A DNA stretch of 64,000 bases from an uncultured Pseudomonadales bacterium. GTDB taxonomy: Bacteria > Patescibacteriota > Microgenomatia > UBA1400 > UBA12108. The position numbers and the translations under genes were made by a program. Shown in pieces: positions 49,034 through 59,306 of the stretch. The stretch spans positions 3,019-67,018 of the forward strand of contig CAYFZD010000001.1 in the NCBI GenBank assembly GCA_964347565.1, read 5' to 3'. The notes beneath the pieces were generated by a model, which saw only the letters and a list, made by a program, of their open reading frames with translations, made no database searches and was not told where the DNA came from. Each line of letters opens with the position of its first letter. Within the stretch, counting starts at the first letter, position 1.

Positions 49034-50556
49034 GTATGAGAAAGTTCTTCTACAGTCAATTTGGTTCCATCGCTGTCATTCTAGGCTCCTGGATTACTCT
49101 CACATACACCCTATATTTTTACCAGATCAATACTCAGCTGGCCGACACTACATTTATCGCGCAAATTTTGCAAAACTTCCGCCACACTCCGATTATGCAA
49201 ACCAGCATGGGCAATTCAATTGTTGAATCAATGGATATTATCTGGGGTAAACCTGCCGATTATGTCTGCACTCTCCCCTTAACTACCCATTTTACCAATA
49301 TGCCCTGGTTCCATTACTATTTCGCACTTTACCTACTCATGCCACTTGCCTGGATAATTAACATCCCGATCTTACTTGCCGGCGTACAAGCAGCCATTTA
49401 TCTATCGGTGCTACTATTCACCTATTATTTTGCAAGGAAACACAATCTCAGCCGGCTCGGCGCCATACTATTACTAGCTTTGGTTGCCCAACATCCTCTC
49501 TGGATAGAAGGTCTCTATGGCCAGTTTTATGTCAATCGCCTTTTTCTGCCGTTTTCTGCTCTATTTATTTGGCTCATAGAGAAAAAGAAAATTAATTACT
49601 ACGCTCTTGCACTTGCCGGCATCATGGCAATCAGTACCAATGAGGTATATGGCATCGCCATAGCCACGATTATTGTTTCGTACTTTTGGATCAACAAAGT
49701 AGTCGATCGCAAATTATGCTTGCTCGCTGGAGCATTCATCATCTACAGTTTTGTCTCTATGTCACTCATCCAGCGGAATCTAGGGCTCACTCTCCCCCAA
49801 ACGGATTTTTTGAGTAAAACGGCCGGAGGGGGGATTGGCACCTTAATTTCAAGACTAACGACAGATCTACTCGATCAAAAAACTCTAATTTTCTTGGGAG
49901 TAAATCTTGTTTCAATAGGTGTCTTAGCGATTTTGTCAGTTCGCTCAATTCTTCCCTTTTTCCTAATTCTCCTCCCCAACCTATTCATTAATATCGGAGG
50001 TGCAGAGAAAACAGGATGGTCAACCCACTATCATGCCTCGTATTTCGTGCCGCTCATCTGGTTAAGCATCTTGGGGATTTCACGTCTTAACAAACATCGA
50101 CGCCTTCAACTCACACTACTCGTTGGATTCATCATCCTGACGGCTTGGATTAACCCCTATACCGGCAAGTTACGCGATACTCCGCGATACAGTTTCCGTG
50201 ACATTTATCAAAAATCCCGCACCTATCCTTCACTTAGTCCAGTTTATCTCAACTTTCGTGAACGTCTTGAAATGGCGGTGGGAGAGAGACAATCAGTGAG
50301 CCTCTTAGAGCCGCTGGCTTATCATCTCTACTCACATCAAACATACTATTATCCTCACAACATCGAAAGCGTAGATAGCGTGATTCTCCGCTATGACCCA
50401 AGTGAGGTTGGTGATGAGCGGTATTCGTCGATTAGTTACGGTAAACAATTTGATCCTCTCATGGATGCTTGTATCCTTGACCGCATGAAAAAAGATGGAT
50501 ACAAACTGGACAACCCTACTATCGTAGATGACTGGGCTGTAATCAAACGTAAGTAG
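49030..50556 (+). CDS. Polytopic membrane protein (508 aa), paralog of 52282-53808
   Basis: Shared N-terminal loop DTTFIAQILQNFRHTPIMQT...YVCTLPLTTHFTNMPWFHYYFALYLL and identical length to the paralog. ATGA overlap with wecB. Confidence 0.55.
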   Translation: MSMRKFFYSQFGSIAVILGSWITLTYTLYFYQINTQLADTTFIAQILQNFRHTPIMQTSMGNSIVESMDIIWGKPADYVCTLPLTTHFTNMPWFHYYFALYLLMPLAWIINIPILLAGVQAAIYLSVLLFTYYFARKHNLSRLGAILLLALVAQHPLWIEGLYGQFYVNRLFLPFSALFIWLIEKKKINYYALALAGIMAISTNEVYGIAIATIIVSYFWINKVVDRKLCLLAGAFIIYSFVSMSLIQRNLGLTLPQTDFLSKTAGGGIGTLISRLTTDLLDQKTLIFLGVNLVSIGVLAILSVRSILPFFLILLPNLFINIGGAEKTGWSTHYHASYFVPLIWLSILGISRLNKHRRLQLTLLVGFIILTAWINPYTGKLRDTPRYSFRDIYQKSRTYPSLSPVYLNFRERLEMAVGERQSVSLLEPLAYHLYSHQTYYYPHNIESVDSVILRYDPSEVGDERYSSISYGKQFDPLMDACILDRMKKDGYKLDNPTIVDDWAVIKRK

Positions 50557-50576
50557 TTATTATTTCTCCGTAGCTA

Positions 50577-51347
50577 CTAAATCCGCTGACCACCATTCAC
50601 ATTTAACGTATGTCCCGTAATAAAGCTAGAAAGATCAGAAACTAAAAAGTAGACGGCATTAGCCACATCTTGTGGCGTGCCAAGTCGCTTTAATGGGATT
50701 TGCTTAGCCACATTGTTCTGTCTATCCTTACTCCAGCTCTCGGTCATACCGGTAGGGTAAATCGGTCCAGGTGCTACTACATTCACTCGTATACCCCGCT
50801 CAGACAACTGGCTGGCGTACAATTTCGAAAGCTGGATCACCCCAGCCTTAGCCACGGCATACCCAATTTTTATGGGAAGTTTAGTGGGGAGGGGTGAAGT
50901 AAGACCTTGCCCATTCAGAGAACCCATGTTGACTATCGATCCACCGTTTCTAATCAAAGGTGATAAGAGTCGACAAGCAAGTTGAGTGCTTAGTAAGTTT
51001 AGCTCAAGATCTAGGGTAAACGCCTTATCAAATATATCACCGGGTAAGGTCGCATGGCTACCTCCGGCATTATTCACTAAAATATCTATTGATCCGACAT
51101 CTTTTCTAACTTCTTTCTCTAAACGCTTTATATCCTGACCCTTAGTGATGTCGGACACATACCACCACACCCTTACTTTATATTTAGAGACAAATACTTT
51201 CACAATATCTCTTAATTTCAAATCATTGCGAGCAATCAGAACGAGGTCACAACCCTCTGCTGCTAGTTTCTCTGCGATCGCCAAACCAATACCTGAGCTT
51301 GCACCCGTCACCAACGCAACCTTACCATTAAGCGTCTGTATCTTCAT
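50577..51347 (-). CDS. SDR-family oxidoreductase (short-chain dehydrogenase/reductase)
   Basis: KVALVTGASSGIGLAIA Rossmann motif and classical SDR length (256 aa). Confidence 0.85.
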   Translation of the reverse strand: MKIQTLNGKVALVTGASSGIGLAIAEKLAAEGCDLVLIARNDLKLRDIVKVFVSKYKVRVWWYVSDITKGQDIKRLEKEVRKDVGSIDILVNNAGGSHATLPGDIFDKAFTLDLELNLLSTQLACRLLSPLIRNGGSIVNMGSLNGQGLTSPLPTKLPIKIGYAVAKAGVIQLSKLYASQLSERGIRVNVVAPGPIYPTGMTESWSKDRQNNVAKQIPLKRLGTPQDVANAVYFLVSDLSSFITGHTLNVNGGQRI

Positions 51348-52285
51348 TTTTTTACCCCTACTATTTTATCGATCACATAAACTGGTCGGTTCTTTACCTC
51401 CTCAACCAGCACTTGGATATATTTACCCAGTATTCCCATGCCAAACAGTAATACATTTCCCAGGAAAAACATCGCCAGCAATAAAGTCGGCAGTGTCTCG
51501 TATGGTATTCGCCAAAACGAATGATATCCAACATAAATTACAACCAATGTCACTGACAAGCAAACAAGGAACAAACTCGCATACATCAATAAGTCTAGTA
51601 ATAGGTAAGAAAACCCATAAATTCCTCTCTCTGCGTACTTAAAGTAAGAAATCCAATTATAGGCACTGGACCCATATAATCGTTGTTTTCTATGGTATTT
51701 CACAAACGCAACTTTAAATCCAATCCAGACACGCAAGCCGCGGAAAAAACGAAATTTTTCCGGTAAAGTTCTCAAGGCATCAAGCGCTTTGCGATCGAGC
51801 AAAGAAAACTCGGATGTATTCACAGGAATATCTAAATCTGAAATTCTTTTAAAAATATAGTAAAAAGCTCGCCTTAAAAGCGTCGTAAAAATATCTTCTT
51901 GAGTATTGAGGTATCGCCCTGCTACTATATTGTAGCCCTGTTCCCATTTCTTAATAAATTTTAAGATCAACTCAGGGGGATCTTGTAGATCACATGGGAG
52001 TATCACTATCGCTTCACCAACTGCATTGTGCATCAGGGCAGCAACAGAAGCCTCAAATCCAAAGTTGCGAGACAGAAACACTCCACGGGCAGTCTTGTCT
52101 TTTTTTATGACATTAAGGATCTTTCTGCGTGTTTCATCCGTGCTACCATTATCGACAAATAAGAACTGAAAAATATAATCAGGAGCTTTCTTTAAAATTG
52201 CCTGAGTTATATTATAAGTGCGCTCTACATTTTCCTCCTCATTAAAGCACGGAATTCCAATGGTTACTATCTTTTTAGCTTTCAT
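51344..52285 (-). CDS. GT2 polyprenol-phosphate glycosyltransferase (GtrB/ArnC-like) with C-terminal TM helices
   Basis: VTIGIPCFNEEENV, FVDNGSTDETR and LPCDLQDPP motifs, plus two C-terminal hydrophobic helices. ATGA overlap with the SDR. Confidence 0.8.
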   Translation of the reverse strand: MKAKKIVTIGIPCFNEEENVERTYNITQAILKKAPDYIFQFLFVDNGSTDETRRKILNVIKKDKTARGVFLSRNFGFEASVAALMHNAVGEAIVILPCDLQDPPELILKFIKKWEQGYNIVAGRYLNTQEDIFTTLLRRAFYYIFKRISDLDIPVNTSEFSLLDRKALDALRTLPEKFRFFRGLRVWIGFKVAFVKYHRKQRLYGSSAYNWISYFKYAERGIYGFSYLLLDLLMYASLFLVCLSVTLVVIYVGYHSFWRIPYETLPTLLLAMFFLGNVLLFGMGILGKYIQVLVEEVKNRPVYVIDKIVGVKK

Positions 52286-53808
52286 AGTGCTGTTTTCCTT
52301 TTAATAACCGCCCATTCATCGACAACTATTATATTGTCAAAGTCAAAACCACCTCGCTTCATCCGCTCAATAATACAAAGATCAAGATCAGGATCTTGCT
52401 GACTATAATTAATCGAATGAAAACGCCGATCAATAGTCTCCTTATCATTATATCTCAAAACAACTGTACTGACGCTATCGATCCCCATGGGATAATAGTA
52501 CATTTTGTGATCGTGTAAATTGTACGAAATTGCCTCAGGCACACTCAAAGTTGCCTCATCACCCACTGCCTCACGCAAACGCCTGCGGAAATCGAGCGAT
52601 AACGCTGATTTTTGATACTGATAGCGAACACCTTGTATTAGTTTTTTTGCCGCAATAGTTGGTCTCTCATTTATCTTTAAAGTCGCTGGGTTTATCCACA
52701 TCGTAAACATAATCGCTAAACCAATTAGCGCGGCCTGAATTCTAGGTCTATTATTCAACTTACTTAGTCCGATCAGACTAATCCAAATTAAAGGGACAAA
52801 GTATCCAATATGATAATGTGTTGACCATCCAATTTTCTCAGCACCTCCTACCGTAACAAGCACATTTGGCCCAAGCAAAAGCATCATTGGAAAGATGAGT
52901 CGAACATTGATCAGTGCAAATACCCCCATAGCCAAAAAATTAACTATCAGGAATATTTGTGTCCCCGGTTCTGCCAACCGCAACCAGACACTCCTTAAAA
53001 GACTACCCAAGCCATGTCCAAAAAGACTACCCAGCGAACTAGTTTGTGTTGAACCAAGAGGGAAATGTCTCTGAATATAAGCAGTTGAAATTGCCCCAAA
53101 TCCAAGCAAAGCAATCGCTAAGATAGATATCCTTCGATCAAATTTTTTATAAATCCACATATAACTACATAACATAATAAAAATTGTAATCCCATATATT
53201 TCATTCGTGCTAGCTGCCAATATACTAGCTAAAAACACAAGGGCATAATTAATTTTTGACTTATCTAGCAGCAGGATCAAGATGGCACTAAAAGGCAAGA
53301 AAAATCGATTAAAATATAGCTGACCTGTCAATCCTTGATCCCACAGCGGGTGCTGCATAACCAAAAGTACAAAAAAGGCAGACAAAGCAATGCTAAATTT
53401 CTTTTGACGAGCCAATATATAGGCAAAGACGAGAATAGAAGTATAAATACCAGCGTGGAGTACGGCAATCATTAGGGGAATATCCATCATCCGAGCGAGC
53501 GGGATCAAGAGGTAGGCAATAAAATAGTGGTGACCCCATGGAGTATCCGTGAATTTTGACTCTAAATCCATCGAACAAACTTCTGCTGCTGGCTTATACC
53601 ACACGTGGTCAATTGATTCTGTAGTAGAGGTGTAGTATGTAGTCTGCATTGTTAGCGTCTGCTTGAAGTTGTGTAGCACCTGCGCTACAAATGCCGTATC
53701 ACCAACCTGATTTTTAATATTCAAGAAAAAGAGGAAATAACTAAGAACGCCCCATAAAAAAAATGCAATCAAGGCAACAACAGTTTTCTCCTGAAAAACT
53801 TTCTTCAT
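52282..53808 (-). CDS. Polytopic membrane protein (508 aa), paralog of 49030-50556; GtrC-position partner of upstream GT2
   Basis: N-terminal loop DTAFVAQVLHNFKQTLTMQT...EVCSMDLESKFTDTPWGHHYFIAYLL. ATGA overlaps on both sides. Confidence 0.55.
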   Translation of the reverse strand: MKKVFQEKTVVALIAFFLWGVLSYFLFFLNIKNQVGDTAFVAQVLHNFKQTLTMQTTYYTSTTESIDHVWYKPAAEVCSMDLESKFTDTPWGHHYFIAYLLIPLARMMDIPLMIAVLHAGIYTSILVFAYILARQKKFSIALSAFFVLLVMQHPLWDQGLTGQLYFNRFFLPFSAILILLLDKSKINYALVFLASILAASTNEIYGITIFIMLCSYMWIYKKFDRRISILAIALLGFGAISTAYIQRHFPLGSTQTSSLGSLFGHGLGSLLRSVWLRLAEPGTQIFLIVNFLAMGVFALINVRLIFPMMLLLGPNVLVTVGGAEKIGWSTHYHIGYFVPLIWISLIGLSKLNNRPRIQAALIGLAIMFTMWINPATLKINERPTIAAKKLIQGVRYQYQKSALSLDFRRRLREAVGDEATLSVPEAISYNLHDHKMYYYPMGIDSVSTVVLRYNDKETIDRRFHSINYSQQDPDLDLCIIERMKRGGFDFDNIIVVDEWAVIKRKTAL

Positions 53809-54776
53809 GATTCAAGCATTTTTTTGTACCAACGATATATCGATGGTAGTTCTTTTTTTAGATTACTCTTTGGAGTCCATTTAATCCTGTCGTTGATCTT
53901 GGTAAAGTCCAGTGACTGGTAAGGAATTTCATTGGCTGCGGAACTCAACATTTTGACAGAAATTTTTCTTCGAAATACTTCCTCAGCAATCTTTATCACT
54001 TCTTTCACATTAAGGGTTTCTTTTGAACCAAAATTAAAAGCTTCACCTCGCACCTGATCAAAGTTATTCATAATTTGAAGATATCCCCTAGCCACGTCCT
54101 TGACATAAAGATAATCACGTACGTAGGTGCCATCACTACGTAACTCAAGTGGTTGTTTATGCACAAGAGACTTCATAATTCCGGGGATAATACGCGAAAG
54201 ATTCAAGTCGCCTTCTCCATAAATATTACCAAAACGAGTTGTTACAACTGGTAAGCCATAGGTTTGCACATACGAAGTGCAGATCAAATCAGCTGCAGAC
54301 TTTGATACTTCATACGGGTGATCACCCTGTAGTCGGTCAGTCTCCTTATATTTCCCCTCATTCAGCTTACCGTAAGCCTTATCCGACGAAGCGACTATGA
54401 TGCCTCTTACCGTTTTTACCTGTCTACATGCTTCGAGGATTGTTGCAGTCCCCATAATATTTGTATCCAATGTATACATTGGATCAACTAACGCTACCTC
54501 AACAATTGGTTGGGCTGCTAAATGCAAAACGTATTCTATATTAAATCTTGTAATAAGATTTAATATCCCTTCGTAGTTTCGTACATCAACTTGTGCTGTA
54601 GTTACTTTTTGGTCTAAATGTCGGCTAAAAAAGTAGGATTTAGGTTCATTCATAATCGTTGTAGCCACTACCTGCGCGCCTGTCATTACCAATTGGTCCA
54701 CTACATGTGATCCAACAAATCCGGTGCCGCCAGTAACCAACACTCTTTTATCGTTTATCATTACCAAACCTTCCAC
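53805..54776 (-). CDS. rfbG: CDP-glucose 4,6-dehydratase
   Basis: KRVLVTGGTGFVGSHV. HLAAQPIVEVALVDPMYTLDTNIMGT, SDKAYG and HPYEVSKSAADL align with Yersinia/Salmonella DdhB as recalled from memory. Adjacent to rfbF. Confidence 0.7.
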   Translation of the reverse strand: MEGLVMINDKRVLVTGGTGFVGSHVVDQLVMTGAQVVATTIMNEPKSYFFSRHLDQKVTTAQVDVRNYEGILNLITRFNIEYVLHLAAQPIVEVALVDPMYTLDTNIMGTATILEACRQVKTVRGIIVASSDKAYGKLNEGKYKETDRLQGDHPYEVSKSAADLICTSYVQTYGLPVVTTRFGNIYGEGDLNLSRIIPGIMKSLVHKQPLELRSDGTYVRDYLYVKDVARGYLQIMNNFDQVRGEAFNFGSKETLNVKEVIKIAEEVFRRKISVKMLSSAANEIPYQSLDFTKINDRIKWTPKSNLKKELPSIYRWYKKMLES

Positions 54777-55537
54777 GGGGCAATCCCGCTATTCCAAATT
54801 CTATTTAACTCCTCAACTTCTTTAATTGTATCCATGCAAAACCAAAAACCCGTATGTTTATACATCGACAATTCGTTTCTTTTCGTAAGCCTACGTAAAG
54901 CAGGGTGTTCGGTTTCACCGGCACGTAAGTAGGTAAATATTCGCCTATCAAATACCATAAAACCTCCGTTAACCCAATCATTGAGACGTGGTTTTTCGTT
55001 GAAGTTATTGATATGGTTATTTTTTGTTACAGTAATGGCGCCATATTTTGACCGTGGGTGAATACCTGTAAGAGTACCGATTGTTTTCTGTCTAGCATGA
55101 AATTTAAGTAATCTAGAAATATTTACATCACATACCCCATCGCCATATGTCAACATAAAATAAGGGTCTTCTTTGGGAATGTACTGTCTACACTTGAGAA
55201 TGCGCTCACCCGGCTCGGTTTCTAGACCAGTATCTACAAAAGTAATCTTAAAATCATCAACTTCTGAACGATTCTCGAGATGATATTCGACCTGATGCGT
55301 TTTGGACTCTAAAGTAAAATCAGAAGTAAATGCTTTCTGGTTTAAGAAAAAATCTTTGATGTAATCAGCCTTGTAACCAAGTGCAAGTATAAATTCATTA
55401 AATCCGTGCTTACTATAGGTCTTCATGATATGCCAAAGAATTGGCTTGTTGCCCACATACACCATCGGTTTTGGCTTAAACTCAGTTTCTTCTTTAAGCC
55501 GAGTTCCTGCTCCTCCGCACAGAATTATCACTTTCAT
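54761..55537 (-). CDS. rfbF: Glucose-1-phosphate cytidylyltransferase
   Basis: MKVIILCGGAGTRLKEETEFKPKPMV...GNKPILWHIM is the canonical RfbF N-terminus. 258 aa. Confidence 0.85.
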   Translation of the reverse strand: MKVIILCGGAGTRLKEETEFKPKPMVYVGNKPILWHIMKTYSKHGFNEFILALGYKADYIKDFFLNQKAFTSDFTLESKTHQVEYHLENRSEVDDFKITFVDTGLETEPGERILKCRQYIPKEDPYFMLTYGDGVCDVNISRLLKFHARQKTIGTLTGIHPRSKYGAITVTKNNHINNFNEKPRLNDWVNGGFMVFDRRIFTYLRAGETEHPALRRLTKRNELSMYKHTGFWFCMDTIKEVEELNRIWNSGIAPWKVW

Positions 55538-55580
55538 TAAACTCCTTGATTTGGGCAGAGATAAAACGTCCTAAAAGGAT

Positions 55581-56906
55581 ATGATAATTATGACACGAAT
55601 ACATCAGGGTAGCAATTGGCTGTATAATTACACATCGATGAACAAAAAATCTGCATTTATTGCCGGAGAAACATACGTTCCGGTTTCTGGTAAGGTCTTC
55701 GATCGGGCTGAAATCGATAATGCCATTGAAGCCGCGGAGGACGGATGGTGGACAGAGGGCAGGTGGGCCAAAAAGTTTGAAGGTCAGTTTGGTCAGTACC
55801 TGGGGGCAAATCACGTCACTTTGGTCAACTCAGGCTCTAGTGCCAATCTCAATGCCCTCGCCTCACTTACTTCAAAGATTTGGGGCGACAGCCAGCTCAA
55901 ACCAGGGGATGAGTACATTACTTGTGCAGTAGGGTTTCCTACGACAGTTAACCCAGGAGTTCAGCATGGACTGGTGCCGGTATTTGTTGATGCTGAGCTC
56001 GACACTTTTAACATCGACGCTGCCAAGATAGAGGCGGCCATAACCCCCAAAACTAAACTCCTCATGTTCGCACATACTCTCGGCAAGCCCTACAACCTGG
56101 AGATTATTATGGCTCTCCGCAAAAAGTACAAATTATGGGTGATAGAGGATTGCTGTGATGCCTTGGGCTCAACTTACGATAAGAAATTGGTAGGAACATT
56201 TGGTGATATTGCCACCTTCTCGTTTTATCCAGCTCATCAAATTACCATGGGTGAGGGGGGTGCTATAGTAACCAACAATCCTCTCCTACATAGAGAAATT
56301 CGCAAGTTTCGTGACTGGGGCCGTGACTGCTATTGTGATCCCGGTAAAGACAATACTTGCGGACGTAGATTCAAGTGGAAACTAGGCGAGCTACCTTACG
56401 GCTACGATCACAAGTATATTTACAGTCAAATCGGGTACAACCTCAAACTTACCGATTTTGGCCCGGCCATCGGGGTAGCTCAACTGGCCAAACTCCCCAA
56501 GTTTATCAAAAGACGAAAAGTGAACTATCAGACTCTCTATAAATTTTTCTCGCAATACCCCGATTATTTCCATCTTTTAACTACCGGTGACAAAGAAGAT
56601 CCTTGTTGGTTTGGTTTCCCGCTCCTGGTCAAAGAAACCGCCCCCTTTACGCGTAATGATTTAACCGAGTACCTTGAACTACATAAAATTGGTACCAGAA
56701 ATATCTTTTCAGGAAATTTGCTGAGGCATCCCGCCTACACTGATATAAAGAAAAAACGCGTAATGGGCAAAATGACGGTCGCTGACCGAGTAATGAATCA
56801 GGCTTGTTGGTTAGGAGTCTTTCCCGGCATCCAGGCACCGCAAATGAGATACGTTCTGAAAACACTTAGTGAATTTATAAAACAAATACCAACCCTTACC
56901 GCTTAA
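55581..56906 (+). CDS. rfbH: CDP-6-deoxy-D-xylo-4-hexulose-3-dehydrase (E1; PMP-dependent DegT-family)
   Basis: Near-colinear to RfbH/DdhC as recalled: TLVNSGSSANL, ITCAVGFPTTVNP, IEDCCDALG, FSFYPAHQITMGEGG (His replaces the aminotransferase Lys), FRDWGRDCYCDPGKDNTCG. The true start may be Met 55590. Confidence 0.85.
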   Translation: MIIMTRIHQGSNWLYNYTSMNKKSAFIAGETYVPVSGKVFDRAEIDNAIEAAEDGWWTEGRWAKKFEGQFGQYLGANHVTLVNSGSSANLNALASLTSKIWGDSQLKPGDEYITCAVGFPTTVNPGVQHGLVPVFVDAELDTFNIDAAKIEAAITPKTKLLMFAHTLGKPYNLEIIMALRKKYKLWVIEDCCDALGSTYDKKLVGTFGDIATFSFYPAHQITMGEGGAIVTNNPLLHREIRKFRDWGRDCYCDPGKDNTCGRRFKWKLGELPYGYDHKYIYSQIGYNLKLTDFGPAIGVAQLAKLPKFIKRRKVNYQTLYKFFSQYPDYFHLLTTGDKEDPCWFGFPLLVKETAPFTRNDLTEYLELHKIGTRNIFSGNLLRHPAYTDIKKKRVMGKMTVADRVMNQACWLGVFPGIQAPQMRYVLKTLSEFIKQIPTLTA

Positions 56907-58656
56907 TACAACTATAAATAACTGTTTCGGAGAAATATATTTCGCGTTGTAGGTAAGGATCTTTAAAAGCTTTCCCTAAGTATTCACAGTTAGAATCCTG
57001 GTAAATTTTAAGTGATGGAATAGAGACATCATTTGGCTTATCTGCAAGCACGATGACTTTTTGGTGGGACATGCTACGCTGAAGATTGTCTTTAATCGCA
57101 AGACTAATCTTTGAGTCGTTCATAATTGCCTCATATTGACGAGAAGTTACTCCGTCGTAGACCGGCAACCCATTGAGATAGCCCATGTATCCCACATAAG
57201 TGACAGGTCCCCTATAAAGTGTAATGACGGCGTCATATGGAGTAAAGAGTTTCTTGTACTCGCGGACCATGTTTGACCAGTTATCTCGTCCTACGAGCGC
57301 TAGACCGGCTTTGTACTCACCCAAATAATAAGGATTAACCCCAGGCGTTTTGAGCGTTGGATGTGGTCTCCAGGAAAAATCGGTTTTCAAGCTAGTGATA
57401 CTCCCCAAGAATACCACTCCCAAAAGCAAATATTTATACTTCATGACCCATTTATCGGTGACTTTAAAGTTCCATGGTTCATTTATGATTACGATCAGGG
57501 TCATCAAGTTGAGCGCAATATAGTAGCGGGCGTACCCCACTAGGTGCGACCACAGCAAATAGGTCAGTACCAGCAAACCATACTTCAGCGATCTTTTTCT
57601 AATCATCAACCAAATCGAGAGTCCATAACCAATAATTGGGATTGGGGCATAGAATATTTTGGCAAATGTTGAGACAATGCCTTCGGCGTATCTATCTCCA
57701 AATTGACCAATAATTGGCCAAACTACTGTTTGCCACATAGTTTGGGGGCCAAACAGAGTTTGAGCAAAGTTGCCTGGAGCGTATAGCGGTGATTTGAAAA
57801 TCCCATTAAATAATCCTGAGAGAGCATTGCCGGTTTCCAAGTATAACCGTACGAAAAATAAGCTTGACACGAGCCCGTAAGCGACAACTTTACCCCACTC
57901 AATGTTCTTGCGATTTAGCATGGCGTAATAAATCAAAATTGGCGCTACAAACACGGAGTTCGACTGTTTCATAAGGATCGCACTGAGCGTCATGATCATG
58001 GCAAAAGTCTTATTTGTCTTCTTGGCCATGAATAAATACAATGCTTCTAGACAAAAAGCGAGAGATCCGTAGTCACCCATCAGGGTTCCACTCACCCCCA
58101 GTAAGTGAGGGATAAAAGGGAGGATCAAAAAGAGAGCTGTTAGACATAGTCTTTGTGTCTTACTTCTTAGCTCTGCTGACAACCTGAGATAGAGTGAAAC
58201 CATCCAAATGCTCGTGAGCAGATAGAATAGCCAAATGGTAGCTCTCAGCCCCAAAGTATATAGAAATGGAGTGTAGTTCATATCCAGTGGCAAGTAGAAA
58301 TACTGCAGAAAATTCATCGGCATGAAATTGGCGTTCTGCCACAATCGATTAGCGTAATCACCCCACATCATATGCGCGGCCAAGTCGTCATATGTGGGGT
58401 ATACGAGCGGGAAGCGAATGAGGGTGATCAGGAGGTATGGAATGATCACGAGCCATCCCTTGCCGATATTCTCAACTCTAAAGTTGGAGTAGTATTTCTT
58501 CACCCCGAGACCTGCAATCAGCAAGCACACTACTCGCAGTATCACTATCTCTAGCGTGTTGGGTGTCCAGCTGGTTAGCACCGAAATGGTGGACAGGTAG
58601 AGAATGTTAGAAATACTGAGTACAAACAGAGCAAACGGCACGATACTTAGAACCAT
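56896..58656 (-). CDS. Polytopic membrane protein with C-terminal soluble domain (possible glycan polymerase / GT-C-like)
   Basis: About 12 hydrophobic helices in the first ~430 aa. Loop YPTYDDLAAHMMWGDY loosely resembles the HD-motif family C. C-terminal ~150 aa are hydrophilic. Confidence 0.45.
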   Translation of the reverse strand: MVLSIVPFALFVLSISNILYLSTISVLTSWTPNTLEIVILRVVCLLIAGLGVKKYYSNFRVENIGKGWLVIIPYLLITLIRFPLVYPTYDDLAAHMMWGDYANRLWQNANFMPMNFLQYFYLPLDMNYTPFLYTLGLRATIWLFYLLTSIWMVSLYLRLSAELRSKTQRLCLTALFLILPFIPHLLGVSGTLMGDYGSLAFCLEALYLFMAKKTNKTFAMIMTLSAILMKQSNSVFVAPILIYYAMLNRKNIEWGKVVAYGLVSSLFFVRLYLETGNALSGLFNGIFKSPLYAPGNFAQTLFGPQTMWQTVVWPIIGQFGDRYAEGIVSTFAKIFYAPIPIIGYGLSIWLMIRKRSLKYGLLVLTYLLWSHLVGYARYYIALNLMTLIVIINEPWNFKVTDKWVMKYKYLLLGVVFLGSITSLKTDFSWRPHPTLKTPGVNPYYLGEYKAGLALVGRDNWSNMVREYKKLFTPYDAVITLYRGPVTYVGYMGYLNGLPVYDGVTSRQYEAIMNDSKISLAIKDNLQRSMSHQKVIVLADKPNDVSIPSLKIYQDSNCEYLGKAFKDPYLQREIYFSETVIYSCIKR

Positions 58657-59306
58657 TTCACAACTTTCTGGTTGATCCCAAAACGTTTCAAATATTGATC
58701 ATCTTTTTTACTAACGTTAGGAGTTATCGCGTATATCGTGTCTGGATCCATCAGTTTAACCATCATTTCCACCCCTGCTTGATTAGGATTCATTTCATAC
58801 CCATAGCTATTAAACGGGGTAATCACCCTGCAGCGTTTAACGTTTAACCTACCCAGTACTCCCGTGGTATCGACCAGGTTGTTGGTCACCACACTACTCT
58901 TCATCGAGAGGCTCTGCATTGTCCCCAGATATCCTTTGATTATCGCTGTATTTTTGAGAGCTACAGCCAGGTCGGTAACTTGATCGGTCAGGGCAATCAT
59001 TTGTGGATGGTACTTAAGTATTTGGAGGATTTCCATTTGGACCAGTATCCCTACTCCGGTCGCAAAATCTTTTTTCAACAGTTTAATCAGATTAAATTTG
59101 TTCCACCATGCCATCTTGATCAGTGCGCTAGGCGATAGCTTGAGAGCTCGCTTTACAATTGCTCCAATATTGCCATGCTCTGTCACGTCGCGCACAAAAG
59201 CCGCCATATTCGGCACCACAAAATTTTGGTTTTTAGCATACGATTTGTCTTTCTCCCAAAAGACAAGTTTGGTAGATTCAATTTGCTTTTGCATATGCCT
59301 CCCCAA
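58647..59306 (-). CDS. Hypothetical protein
   Basis: 219-aa ORF with no recognised motifs. Overlaps neighbouring genes at both ends, which suggests it is real and co-translated. Confidence 0.4.
   Translation of the reverse strand: MGRHMQKQIESTKLVFWEKDKSYAKNQNFVVPNMAAFVRDVTEHGNIGAIVKRALKLSPSALIKMAWWNKFNLIKLLKKDFATGVGILVQMEILQILKYHPQMIALTDQVTDLAVALKNTAIIKGYLGTMQSLSMKSSVVTNNLVDTTGVLGRLNVKRCRVITPFNSYGYEMNPNQAGVEMMVKLMDPDTIYAITPNVSKKDDQYLKRFGINQKVVKWF

Noticed and set aside
50557-50576. Possible bidirectional terminator between convergent genes 49030-50556 and 50577-51347
   Set aside because: The 20-bp spacer has only a weak GTAGCTAC self-complementary octamer with no GC-rich stem or U-tract. 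It is not a convincing intrinsic terminator.
55538-55580. Sigma70-like promoter in the rfbF/rfbH divergent spacer (TTGATT ... GATAAA/TATGATAAT)
   Set aside because: Hexamer matches are weak and spacing is ambiguous. The spacer is the likely regulatory region, but a specific -35/-10 call cannot be supported by eye.
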